Below, in pieces: positions 53,347 to 62,360 of a stretch of DNA of 64,000 nt. A program made the translations under genes and the position numbers. The stretch comes from an uncultured delta proteobacterium (GTDB lineage Bacteria; Desulfobacterota; Binatia; UBA9968). The DNA is taken from the NCBI GenBank assembly GCA_963728565.1, contig CAVSLC010000012.1, positions 1 to 64,000 on the forward strand. The letters run 5' to 3'. The notes under the pieces were generated by a model that was given only the letters and a program-made list of their open reading frames with translations, was not told the origin of the DNA and did no database searches. The stretch's first letter is position 1; the number at the start of each line of letters is the position of its first letter.

Positions 53347-54675
53347 TCAGGCTCCTGCCGGCTGCGCGTGCGCCGTCACCGGCGGAACTGCCTTAGGCTT
53401 GGTTTTAATCTGCAATGCCAGTCCCGCGGCGACCAGCGCAATCACCCCGCCGGAAAAAAAGGCAGAATGATAGTCGCCCAACCAGGTGCGAAGCGCGCCC
53501 GCGCTTGAAGCCATAATCGCCGCGCCGATCTGATGCGACATAAAAATCCAGCCATAAACCTTACCTACGTTTTGCTTGCCGAACGTATCCGCAGTGATCG
53601 CCATCGACGGCGGCACTGTGGCGAACCAATCCAATCCGTAAATCACTGCGAAAAGAAAGAATCCTGAAATACTATGAACAAACGGCAGCATGAGCAGCGA
53701 AAGCCCGCGGAGCGCGTACACCAACGCCAGCCATCGTTGCGGCTGGACACGGTCAATCATCCAACCTGAAAAAATGGTGCCGACCATATTGAGCGCGCCC
53801 ATCACCCCGAGTAAAGACGCCGCAGTGATCTGTGGAATACCTCGGTCGATTTCGTGGGGAATCAAATGGGTACCGATCAGACCGTTGGCGGTTCCGCCGC
53901 AAACAAAGAAGCTAGCCGCCAATAGCCAGAAGGTTGGATGGGAAATCACTTCGCGCGCTGTGATGGTTGCATTGCCGGATCGCATGCCCCGCAGCGAAGC
54001 CACGCCGCCTGAACTTGCACCCGCCGGATCTCCCGCTCCATAAGGTTCCAGTCCGACCTCAGACGGATCATCGCGCATGAAAAAGTAAATCAGCGGCACC
54101 AAGATAATCGCAACAATGATCAACGCCATCGATCCCATGCGCCAGCCGGCATAAGTGATTGCGGCCATGAACAAAGGCAGAAAGATTATCTGCCCGGTGG
54201 AGCTGGCGCTGCCAAGAATCCCCAGTGCCAGGCCGCGTCTGGCGACGAACCAGCGGTTTCCCACGGTGGCCGTTAGAACCGAGCCCACCCCGCCTGCCCC
54301 GAGTCCGACGACCACTCCCCAGACCAGAAAAAATTGCCAGAACTGATCCATCGCCATCGTGCCGCTTACGCCGAAAATCAATAGAGCCAGGCTGCCGATC
54401 ATGACTTTGCGCGGACCATATTTGTCGATCAGCCAGCCGCTGATCGGCGCGGCAACGCCAAACAGCAATAGATTCATGCTGACGGCCGAGGCGATCAGGG
54501 CGCGGCTCCAGCCAAATTCAGCTTCTAAGGGGTGAATCAGCACCGACGGCGAGGAACGAACCCCGGCACTGGTCAATGTTGTCAGAAAGACAATCGATAA
54601 AACGAACCAACCATAATAGAATGGCAAGGATAACGGCGGGCGCGCTGCGGTACCTATCTTGTTGTTCTGCATCAT
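53347..54675 (-). CDS. MFS transporter
   Basis: 'GWLIDKYGPR', 'WFVARRGLA', 'GLDWFATVPP', 'HQIGAA'. Confidence 0.9.
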   Translation of the reverse strand: MMQNNKIGTAARPPLSLPFYYGWFVLSIVFLTTLTSAGVRSSPSVLIHPLEAEFGWSRALIASAVSMNLLLFGVAAPISGWLIDKYGPRKVMIGSLALLIFGVSGTMAMDQFWQFFLVWGVVVGLGAGGVGSVLTATVGNRWFVARRGLALGILGSASSTGQIIFLPLFMAAITYAGWRMGSMALIIVAIILVPLIYFFMRDDPSEVGLEPYGAGDPAGASSGGVASLRGMRSGNATITAREVISHPTFWLLAASFFVCGGTANGLIGTHLIPHEIDRGIPQITAASLLGVMGALNMVGTIFSGWMIDRVQPQRWLALVYALRGLSLLMLPFVHSISGFFLFAVIYGLDWFATVPPSMAITADTFGKQNVGKVYGWIFMSHQIGAAIMASSAGALRTWLGDYHSAFFSGGVIALVAAGLALQIKTKPKAVPPVTAHAQPAGA

Positions 54676-54846
54676 TTTATATAAACCAGTTTGGGCTTAC
54701 TTCACAAACCCGGTCGGTCGCTGCCCGGGTTGACCCCGAAGCATCCGGGCAAACACTTTGTAACTATACGACAGCCGCTACCCAGAACCTAATCGCCATG
54801 CTGAGACAAGGCTTCGATATCATTTAGGATTATAGGTCGCGATGAA

Positions 54847-55074
54847 CCCGGATTCCGCAGTTGAAGGAGGAGTCATGAGCGAGGAGCAAACCTCCGCAGC
54901 GCAGACAATGCGTTTCTACCTCTGAGAGGCGAGAACTGTCGGTGCCGTGCGTAACGCCGTCACGCAAATAGAGGCGGCGAGCCAAGCATCAAAAAAGACT
55001 TTGAAACTGAGCACTCCGGCTTCTTCGCTTCTCCAGGCCTGCCGCTCGCTCAGTTTTCAACTGCGGAATCCGGG
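54847..55074. mobile_element. 228-bp MITE / internally deleted IS with perfect 19-bp TIRs and a 5-bp target duplication
   Basis: CCCGGATTCCGCAGTTGAA (54847-54865) and TTCAACTGCGGAATCCGGG (55056-55074), with ATGAA flanking both sides. Confidence 0.85.
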
Positions 55075-55644
55075 ATGAAAGAAAAATTATCCTCGCTGGT
55101 TATCTTCGTTTGGCTACTCGCTTGCGGCGTTGTTGAGGCAACTGCAGACTTTCCGGAGGAAATCCCTTTTGTCCCGACGCCCATCGAAGTCATCGACAAA
55201 ATGCTCGAAATGGCTCAGGTCCAGAAAAATGATGTGGTGTATGACCTCGGCAGCGGCGACGGTCGAATCGTGATTCGCGCCGCCAAGAAGTACGGCGCGC
55301 GCGGCGTCGGCATCGAGATGGACCAGACGCTCCTGGATAAAGCGCGCAAATCCGCCGAGGCGGAAGGCGTCAGTCACTTAGTCGAATTTCGCGCAGAAGA
55401 TGCTTTGAAGACCGATCTTTCACCGGCAACCGTGGTAACGCTTTACATGCTTCCGTGGTTCAATGAAGCTATGAAGCCCAATTTCAGAAATTACCTTAAA
55501 CCGGGATCCCGCATTGTCGCTCACGACTTCGGCATCGAAGGTTGGACACCCGATAAGACGGAAAAGTTAGCTGAACCGGAGAAGAAAGCCGGCGGATACG
55601 TTCACTACCACACGATTTTTCTGTGGAATGTCCGTGACAACTAA
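55075..55644 (+). CDS. Class I SAM-dependent methyltransferase with signal-peptide-like N-terminus
   Basis: 'PFVPTP', 'YDLGSGDGRI', 'PGSRIVAHDF'. Confidence 0.88.
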   Translation: MKEKLSSLVIFVWLLACGVVEATADFPEEIPFVPTPIEVIDKMLEMAQVQKNDVVYDLGSGDGRIVIRAAKKYGARGVGIEMDQTLLDKARKSAEAEGVSHLVEFRAEDALKTDLSPATVVTLYMLPWFNEAMKPNFRNYLKPGSRIVAHDFGIEGWTPDKTEKLAEPEKKAGGYVHYHTIFLWNVRDN

Positions 55645-56376
55645 CTTCCGCGATTCGCAACGGACGCTTAGGCGGGAAGCCAGCAACTCTGCCGAAGTGA
55701 GTTCGGCAAGCACAACCTTCAGCAGCCTGGATATCGATTTATCGCTGCAAACTACCCCAGCGAGCCGCTCATGCACCACTGCGCGGTGGTGCCAACCTTG
55801 TGAATCATCGTGATCCAGCGCGCGCTTTAAGGATGAGGACGGCATCTCCCGTCCCAGGCTAGACATGAGCTTGTACAAAGCTTCACGGCTGCTCCATAAG
55901 CGATAGAATGCCGCAATCCGATCATCATCTGGTTGCTGCATCAGCCAAAGCTGCTCGTTAGGTTCAAATGACGCTTGGCTAAGAGCGACAATATCACGAT
56001 CGGGATGGGTGACTTCTAGATCGAAGCCCAACATCACGTCGGTGCTGAGCGCGCAGCCAACCCAATCCCCACTGTGAGAGATGCTGAAATTCGGCGGTAA
56101 GGATTGTCCATCGGCAAAGAAAAGCTTTGGAGCGGATCCCACCCGGTCTATGACTGTGATGTCATGGACCGGCACATTCATCATTTTGGAAACCGCTAAT
56201 CGAAGGAGCATTCGCCCAACCAGGAACTGCCGCTTACGCTGTTTCCGCGCAAATGTGGCGTATCGGTGGGCCTCGGACGCGGCGAGTCGCTGCTCGAAAC
56301 CAGCGACAGCAAACTCAGTTACCCGTCGAATGTCGAGCAACCAGACGGTTGCGCAGCGGCTGTTTCGCTCATCCAT
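55567..56376 (-). CDS. 4'-phosphopantetheinyl transferase (Sfp-like)
   Basis: 'NFSISHSG', 'GFDLE', 'FYRLWSSREALYK'. Confidence 0.85.
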   Translation of the reverse strand: MDERNSRCATVWLLDIRRVTEFAVAGFEQRLAASEAHRYATFARKQRKRQFLVGRMLLRLAVSKMMNVPVHDITVIDRVGSAPKLFFADGQSLPPNFSISHSGDWVGCALSTDVMLGFDLEVTHPDRDIVALSQASFEPNEQLWLMQQPDDDRIAAFYRLWSSREALYKLMSSLGREMPSSSLKRALDHDDSQGWHHRAVVHERLAGVVCSDKSISRLLKVVLAELTSAELLASRLSVRCESRKLVVTDIPQKNRVVVNVSAGFLLRFS

Positions 56377-56815
56377 CGGCAAGTTTTACGAAATCGCCTT
56401 TCAACGCCACGCCAGCAATGATTGCCCCCGCATGGCATTCGAACTCGGTCGCGCTCGACATTACTTTTTTGTTGTAATAGCTAACGATGTTGATGACCGC
56501 GTTTGCGCCCAGTTGCTGCGCGCGTGTTTGGAGCGCCACCATAGCTGAAAGGAAGGCCCAATTGCAGGCTTTCTCATCGGATTTGCCAAACGCATTGGTC
56601 TTGCGATTGGATACATCGCTGCCTAAATTGGTTAAAACCTGCGGCGGCAATTGATCACCGAAGTAGAACTTCACTGAACCATCAAGCTTGTCCTGCGCGT
56701 CTTTAACCTCCATCGCAATCGCAATCGGCAGGAGATGTCTCGTGTCGCGCCCATGCGCGGGTAAACCGATTGCCAGACACAGAATCAAAACTGCCACCGA
56801 TATCACATTTCTCAT
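56369..56815 (-). CDS. Exported protein typical of aryl-polyene clusters (often mis-annotated as excinuclease subunit)
   Basis: Signal peptide, 'KTNAFGKSDEKAC.WAFLSA', 'FECHAG'. Confidence 0.7.
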   Translation of the reverse strand: MRNVISVAVLILCLAIGLPAHGRDTRHLLPIAIAMEVKDAQDKLDGSVKFYFGDQLPPQVLTNLGSDVSNRKTNAFGKSDEKACNWAFLSAMVALQTRAQQLGANAVINIVSYYNKKVMSSATEFECHAGAIIAGVALKGDFVKLADG

Positions 56816-56855
56816 TTGCTTCTCCTTCGACTTTCGTCGCACGGCCACGTTCGCC

Positions 56856-58085
56856 TCAATCATACCTCTTGAAGATCAACGAAGTATTAATACCGCCGAA
56901 GGCGAAATTGTTGGACATGACATATTCGCATTCGAGATGCCGGCCGGCGCCGACAATATAGTCGAGATCGGCACAGTGCGGATCGATCCGGGAAAGATTG
57001 ATCGTCGGCGCAAACCACGCTGCGCGCATCATCTCGATGCTGATCCATGATTCCAAAGCGCCGCAAGCTCCGAGCGTGTGTCCCATGTAGCTTTTAAGAG
57101 AACTGATCGGCACCTGGCCGCCGAAAACTTGCCGCGTAGCTTGCGATTCCGCGATATCGCCGTGTTCGGTCGCAGTCCCGTGAGCGTTGACGTAACCGAT
57201 AGACGATGGCGGGATACCGGCGTCAGCCAGCGCCAACTCCATCGCAATTTGCATAGTGCGCGCATTTGGCTGGGTGATGTGACTGCCATCGCTGTTGGTG
57301 CCGAAGCCGACCACTTCGGCAAAGATCTTAGCGCCGCGGGCGCGGGCATGTTCGAGATTTTCCAAAACCAAGCTGCCAGCGCCCTCGCCAAGGACAAGGC
57401 CATCGCGCTCCGCATCGAAAGGGCGCGGTGTCGAGTCGGCGGCTTCGTTGCGCGCGCTGGTGGCAAATAGAGTATCAAAAACGGCTACCTCGGTGACGCA
57501 CAGTTCTTCGGCACCGCCGGCAATCATCGCTAGCTGACGCCCGCTGCGAATGGTTTCATATGCGTACCCGATTCCTTGACTACCCGAGGTACAAGCGCTG
57601 GAGGTTGTGACGATCCGGCCCGTAATGCCCAAAAAAACCCCGAGATTTACCGGCGCGGTATGTCCCATCATTTTTATGTAAGTCGTCGCATTGATGCCCT
57701 TGGTACTTTTTTCATCGATCATCTTGCCGAAATCGCAAATAGCTTTGGGGGTGCCGGCCGAGGAGCCATAGGCGATGCCCAACTGACCGCTTTTTAACAG
57801 CGGGTCATCGATCAGCCCGGCATCCCGTAAAGCTAGTTCGCTGGCGCGGGTTGCCATCAAAGCTACTCTCCCCATGCTGCGGGTTGCCTTGTTAGTGTAG
57901 CGTTCCGACAGCTCAAACGGCGCCGCCGGCGCGCCCAGCAACGTATTCAGACCATCGTAGTCGGACCACTCGGGCATGCGCATGACGGCATTGCGATAGC
58001 TTCCCAAGCGCGTACGAATGCTGGCCCAGTGGTTGCCGATGGGACTGATGCCAGCCATGCCGGTGACCGCGACCCGTCGCCTCAT
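56856..58085 (-). CDS. Beta-ketoacyl-ACP synthase (APE ketosynthase-like)
   Basis: 'SSACTSGSQ', 'NAHGTAT', 'GHTLGA', 'NNFAFGG'. Confidence 0.9.
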   Translation of the reverse strand: MRRRVAVTGMAGISPIGNHWASIRTRLGSYRNAVMRMPEWSDYDGLNTLLGAPAAPFELSERYTNKATRSMGRVALMATRASELALRDAGLIDDPLLKSGQLGIAYGSSAGTPKAICDFGKMIDEKSTKGINATTYIKMMGHTAPVNLGVFLGITGRIVTTSSACTSGSQGIGYAYETIRSGRQLAMIAGGAEELCVTEVAVFDTLFATSARNEAADSTPRPFDAERDGLVLGEGAGSLVLENLEHARARGAKIFAEVVGFGTNSDGSHITQPNARTMQIAMELALADAGIPPSSIGYVNAHGTATEHGDIAESQATRQVFGGQVPISSLKSYMGHTLGACGALESWISIEMMRAAWFAPTINLSRIDPHCADLDYIVGAGRHLECEYVMSNNFAFGGINTSLIFKRYD

Positions 58086-58807
58086 ACGAGCCCGCCATCG
58101 ACCGAGATGACTTGGCGAGTGATGTACGCCGCCCCATCCGTAAGCAGGAAACTCACTGCCGCCGCGACCTCGTCGGGAGTGCCGGTTCGACCTGCGGGAA
58201 TCAGTTTGAGTATTTCATCCACAGGCGCATGATCGATCATTTCCGTCTCAATCAGTCCCGGAGCGACACAGTTTACGGTAATCTCGCGTTTTGCCAGCTC
58301 CAGCGCCAACGCTTTAGTCGCACCAATGATGCCGGCCTTCGCTGCGCTGTAATTCACTTGACCGCGATTGCCCATCAACCCGGACGCCGACGCCAAGGTG
58401 ACAATCCGCCCCGGCGCTCGTCGCCGCACCAACGGCATAATCAAGGGATTGAGCACATTATAAAACCCGTCGAGATTTGTTCTGAGAACAACGTCCCAAT
58501 CGTCTCCTGACATGGCGGGAAAAACACTGTCGCGAGCAACGCCGGCGTTACATACGACACCGTAGTAACAGCCATGCCGCTCAACGTCCTCTTCCAGTGT
58601 TGCTGCGGCGGTGGCGCGATCGCCAATATCGAATTGCAAGACGCGAGCTTGGCGGCCGAGTGCGATAATGGATCGGCCTAATTCATCGGCCTCTTCGCGG
58701 CGCGCTCGGCAATGGGCCACGATGTCGTAACCATCCCGCGCGAGCCGGTAAGCGATGGCTTTTCCGATGCCGCGGCTGGAGCCGGTTACCAGGACGGTTT
58801 TATTCAT
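58082..58807 (-). CDS. 3-oxoacyl-ACP reductase (FabG-like)
   Basis: 'TGSSRGIG', 'NAG', 'YSAAK'. Confidence 0.9.
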   Translation of the reverse strand: MNKTVLVTGSSRGIGKAIAYRLARDGYDIVAHCRARREEADELGRSIIALGRQARVLQFDIGDRATAAATLEEDVERHGCYYGVVCNAGVARDSVFPAMSGDDWDVVLRTNLDGFYNVLNPLIMPLVRRRAPGRIVTLASASGLMGNRGQVNYSAAKAGIIGATKALALELAKREITVNCVAPGLIETEMIDHAPVDEILKLIPAGRTGTPDEVAAAVSFLLTDGAAYITRQVISVDGGLV

Positions 58808-59255
58808 TCGAGCTCCCTTTGATGAAATCAACGGCATCGGCCGGTTGAAATACCGTGAGCGTGGCTGTGGCGACTTCTTGTTCCTCATGCTCGATACGGC
58901 ACTGAAACGAGCCTAAACCATTGTCGCTCTGCAGGACGCGCCGGACATGGACTCTGAGCAAGCTGCCCGGACTGAACATCGGCAGGGTACACTCATAGCG
59001 TCTTGCTCCGAGTAAAAACCCGGGCTTGACGGCTTCGCCGCGCGCGTAAGCGGTATATCCTGCGAAAGCAGCTATGGTTTGGGCCATATATTCGAGACCC
59101 ACCCAGGCGCCGACGCCGTCCGCCGCGCAGAACAAGCTATCAAGGCGGATACGCACCTCCGCGCACAGGCTCTCTTCATCTGCCGCGATTACCCGATCGA
59201 GTAGCACCATTGCGCCACTGTGTGGAATCAAAGACCTAATATCCGGCCAACCCAT
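58800..59255 (-). CDS. Hotdog-fold acyl-ACP dehydratase (ApeP-like)
   Basis: 'LIPHSGAMVLLD', 'LEYMAQ', 'GFLLGAR'. Confidence 0.85.
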   Translation of the reverse strand: MGWPDIRSLIPHSGAMVLLDRVIAADEESLCAEVRIRLDSLFCAADGVGAWVGLEYMAQTIAAFAGYTAYARGEAVKPGFLLGARRYECTLPMFSPGSLLRVHVRRVLQSDNGLGSFQCRIEHEEQEVATATLTVFQPADAVDFIKGSSNE

Positions 59256-59377
59256 CTCATCCTTCGAAATCAAGAGATCCGAACTATCGCATTGCTCTGC
59301 TAAGACATGTCACTGCTATGAATGGAAACCACATAGGGGTCTCGTCAAGATTAAGAATCTGATCAGGCGAGGTCATC

Positions 59378-60562
59378 TCATCCCCGGCCAAAAACGAGGG
59401 CTGCATTGGCGCCGCCGAAAGCGAACGAATTGCTCAATATCCAATCCAACGGCCGGCCAAGATGGCTGCCTGGTTGCGCCACATTCAGCGCCGGCAGCGT
59501 CGGATCGGGTATGCCATCCCAGAGGTGCGGCGGGAATCTGCCGGCAGGATTATCATCCTGCATCGCCAACCAACACAATCCAGCCTCGATGGCCCCGGCC
59601 GCCCCCAGCGCATGCCCGGTCAATGGTTTAGTCGAGCTCACCGCAACCGCATCACCAAAGAGCGCGTCGATGAGGCGAGCTTCCATGGCGTCGTTCTGCA
59701 CAGTTCCAGTACCATGGAGGTTTACGTAGTCGATCGTTTCAGCAGAAATTCCAGCTCGAGAAAGAGCCCGTTCGACGGCCAGACGCGCCCCCGCGCCGCT
59801 GGGGTCCGGAGCTGACATATGATAGCCGTCAGACGATTCGCCCCAGCCGCGCAGCGCGACAGGTCCGGGCTCACGGCTCATCAAGAATAGCGCGCCGCCT
59901 TCGCCGATATTGATGCCATCGCGATTACGGCTGAGCGGATTGCATCGTCTCGCACTAACGGATTCGAGGGCGGCAAAACCGGCAACCGTAAACCCGCATA
60001 AAGTATCCACACCGCCGGTTAAAACCGCATCGCAAGCGCCCGCGCACAGCAAACGAGCGGCGCTGGCGAGGGCCTTGGCGCTTGAGGCGCAGGCACTTGA
60101 ATGGACGTATGCCGGCCCCCAAACGCCAAGCTCGTCTGCGAGCAGAGTAGCCAGCGAGCTCAATTCCTGCTGCCCATAGTGGAACTGGTCCGGCAGGCTT
60201 CCAATCCTGGTGAAGTGACGAAACGCGGCTTCGCTCTCGGCGATTCCGGAAGTACTCGTGCCGATCACGATCCCGAGACGCCCCTTGCCATAGTGCTCAA
60301 TCGCGTCATCGACCGCAGTTCGGATCTGCGCCAATGCAGCCAATGCCACTCGGTTGTTACGGCTCCTTGCGATGACGTCCAAATGGCTGACTGCCGGCAG
60401 CGGCAGCTCGGCATCGATGCGGCCCAGGGGCAGCAGTCGTCCAGGCGAATACTCTTCAGACAACGAAACGCCGCTTTGCCCTGTATTCAGCAGCCGTTGT
60501 TTCACCTGCTCACCGGAATTTCCTAATGGGCAGACGATTCCAAGTTGATTGAGGTAAATCAT
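59378..60562 (-). CDS. Beta-ketoacyl-ACP synthase (ApeO-like)
   Basis: 'GTSTSG', 'SACASSA', 'NLHGTGT', 'GHALGA', 'SFAFGG'. Confidence 0.9.
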   Translation of the reverse strand: MIYLNQLGIVCPLGNSGEQVKQRLLNTGQSGVSLSEEYSPGRLLPLGRIDAELPLPAVSHLDVIARSRNNRVALAALAQIRTAVDDAIEHYGKGRLGIVIGTSTSGIAESEAAFRHFTRIGSLPDQFHYGQQELSSLATLLADELGVWGPAYVHSSACASSAKALASAARLLCAGACDAVLTGGVDTLCGFTVAGFAALESVSARRCNPLSRNRDGINIGEGGALFLMSREPGPVALRGWGESSDGYHMSAPDPSGAGARLAVERALSRAGISAETIDYVNLHGTGTVQNDAMEARLIDALFGDAVAVSSTKPLTGHALGAAGAIEAGLCWLAMQDDNPAGRFPPHLWDGIPDPTLPALNVAQPGSHLGRPLDWILSNSFAFGGANAALVFGRG

Positions 60563-61111
60563 CTAAGGCTCATTGGGAACGGATTGGATGGTTATGCGGT
60601 AATCAAGCTGCAGGTTGGTTACTTCGACTTTGCCGCTCCAAAGCGGCAAGGCACTGTAATCAATTATCATGATGGCTAAACCATCTTGTCGGATGGTGCG
60701 GCGCAGATCGTTCTCTTCGATGCTCCAGCCGACGGGTAAGGCTTGTCGGATTGCATCAACCGGCCAAAGTGTGAGTTGTAGGTTTTCAAGCACCTCTTCG
60801 CCGCGCAGGTGGACTGGCCACATCGGGTGGCGCCATGATTGTAGGGTCTTGCCATCGTAATGAAGCGACAACACTCTCCGACCGAGCGCGAGGCCAATCA
60901 AATCGATGCGTGCAGGGTCGATTTCGAGTGCGACGTCGAGCTGAGCGCTGCGGCCCTGCCCTTCTACATCCAGACGCTGCTGCAAGCTGATCGATTCCCC
61001 GAGCGCCGCCGGCCTCAACTTCAGGCCCACACCGACCGGTCTTGACTCTGGCGCGACACACGCACCGAGCGACAAAACCAGAAATGCGAAGATGGCGTAT
61101 CGGGCCGGCAT
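60563..61111 (-). CDS. DUF3261-like lipoprotein of APE clusters
   Basis: 'LSLGAC' lipobox, 'LQLTLWP'; cluster context. Confidence 0.7.
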   Translation of the reverse strand: MPARYAIFAFLVLSLGACVAPESRPVGVGLKLRPAALGESISLQQRLDVEGQGRSAQLDVALEIDPARIDLIGLALGRRVLSLHYDGKTLQSWRHPMWPVHLRGEEVLENLQLTLWPVDAIRQALPVGWSIEENDLRRTIRQDGLAIMIIDYSALPLWSGKVEVTNLQLDYRITIQSVPNEP

Positions 61112-61113
61112 CG

Positions 61114-62335
61114 CTATGAGCACAACTCCTCCAATGCCGCCAATCGTCGTCTCGGCTCGCGCACGTAAGGATTGCTTACATCCCAAGCGTATCCGGCGAG
61201 GATCGCCGAGATCATGCGCCGAATTTCCACGGGTTGATTGTGGTGGAAGACGATCCGCTGAAAGCCTCCGCGGTACCAAGATTCGACAAAGGCCCGGAAG
61301 GTATCGACGCCTATTTTGAGCGGCTCAGCGTATTGGCTAGACCAGTCAACCGCTTCACCGGCGAAGCGACGCTGCAGGACTGCGGCGGCAAGGCTCGCCG
61401 ATTTGAAAGCGATCGTAACCCCGGACGAAAAAATCGGATCGAGAAACTCCCCAGCATTACCAAGCAGGGCATAACCTGGACCCGATAACGATTTGACGTT
61501 GGCCGAATAACCAACGATGCGTCGGGCCGGGGTATCCCAACAAGGCATTTTCAAGCAGATTGGCCAAGGTACGGTCTTCGCCTACCAAGGCCTGCAAACG
61601 TTGCGTATCCGTTCCCTGATAACGCTCGAGTAAAGCGGGTTCAGTCACAACCCCCAGAGAACAGCGGCCGGAGGCAAACGGGATCAACCAAAACCACACG
61701 TCGGTACGTTGCGGGTGAACTATCACTCGTATCTTATTGCGGTCGAACTCCGAGTGTGTGATCCGGTCTTCGATGTGCGTGAATATGGCGCTACGCACGG
61801 GAAAATTTGACGGCTTCTCTAGTTTCAGCAGGCGCGGCAGAATCCGCCCAAAACCGCTGGCGTCCAGAATGAAACATGCTTCGACAAGATAATGTTCGCC
61901 CTGTGGATCCTTGACTTTTACCCGAGGCCGGTTGCCGCCGACATCGATCGCGACTACTTCGTGGCGGTAGCTTACTTCGGCCCCCTGAGCCTCTGCCTCT
62001 AACGCCAGCAGATGATCGAAGCGAGCCCGCGGCACCTGGTAGGTAGTGCTCCAGCCGGGTGAATATTTTTCGCTGAAATCGAAGTCGCTGTATTGCTGGC
62101 CTTGAGCGAAAGCGGCGCCATTCTTCAACTGAAAACCGGCCGCAACTACGGCGCGCAGCATCCCGCCCTGCTCGAGGTACTCCATACTCTGCGGCAGCAG
62201 ACTCTCACCGATGCTAAAGCGCGGGAACTGCTCGCGCTCGAGCATCAGAACATGCCGGCCCTGCTGTCGCAGCAACGCCGCCGCTACGGATCCGGCCGGA
62301 CCGGCGCCGATAATGACAACTTCCACCTTCTTCAA
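61114..62335 (-). CDS. FAD-dependent oxidoreductase / halogenase-like protein (frameshift near 61545)
   Basis: GAGPAG, 'PRFSIGESLLP', 'WFWLIP', 'GNAGEFLDPIFSSG'. Confidence 0.85.
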
Positions 62336-62360
62336 CGTTTCTCCCCTAAGCCAGCCAACC

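Noticed and set aside
54706-54750. Two small hairpins upstream of the MFS gene
   Set aside because: No riboswitch consensus (for example no ACGR loops) and short GC stems are expected by chance.
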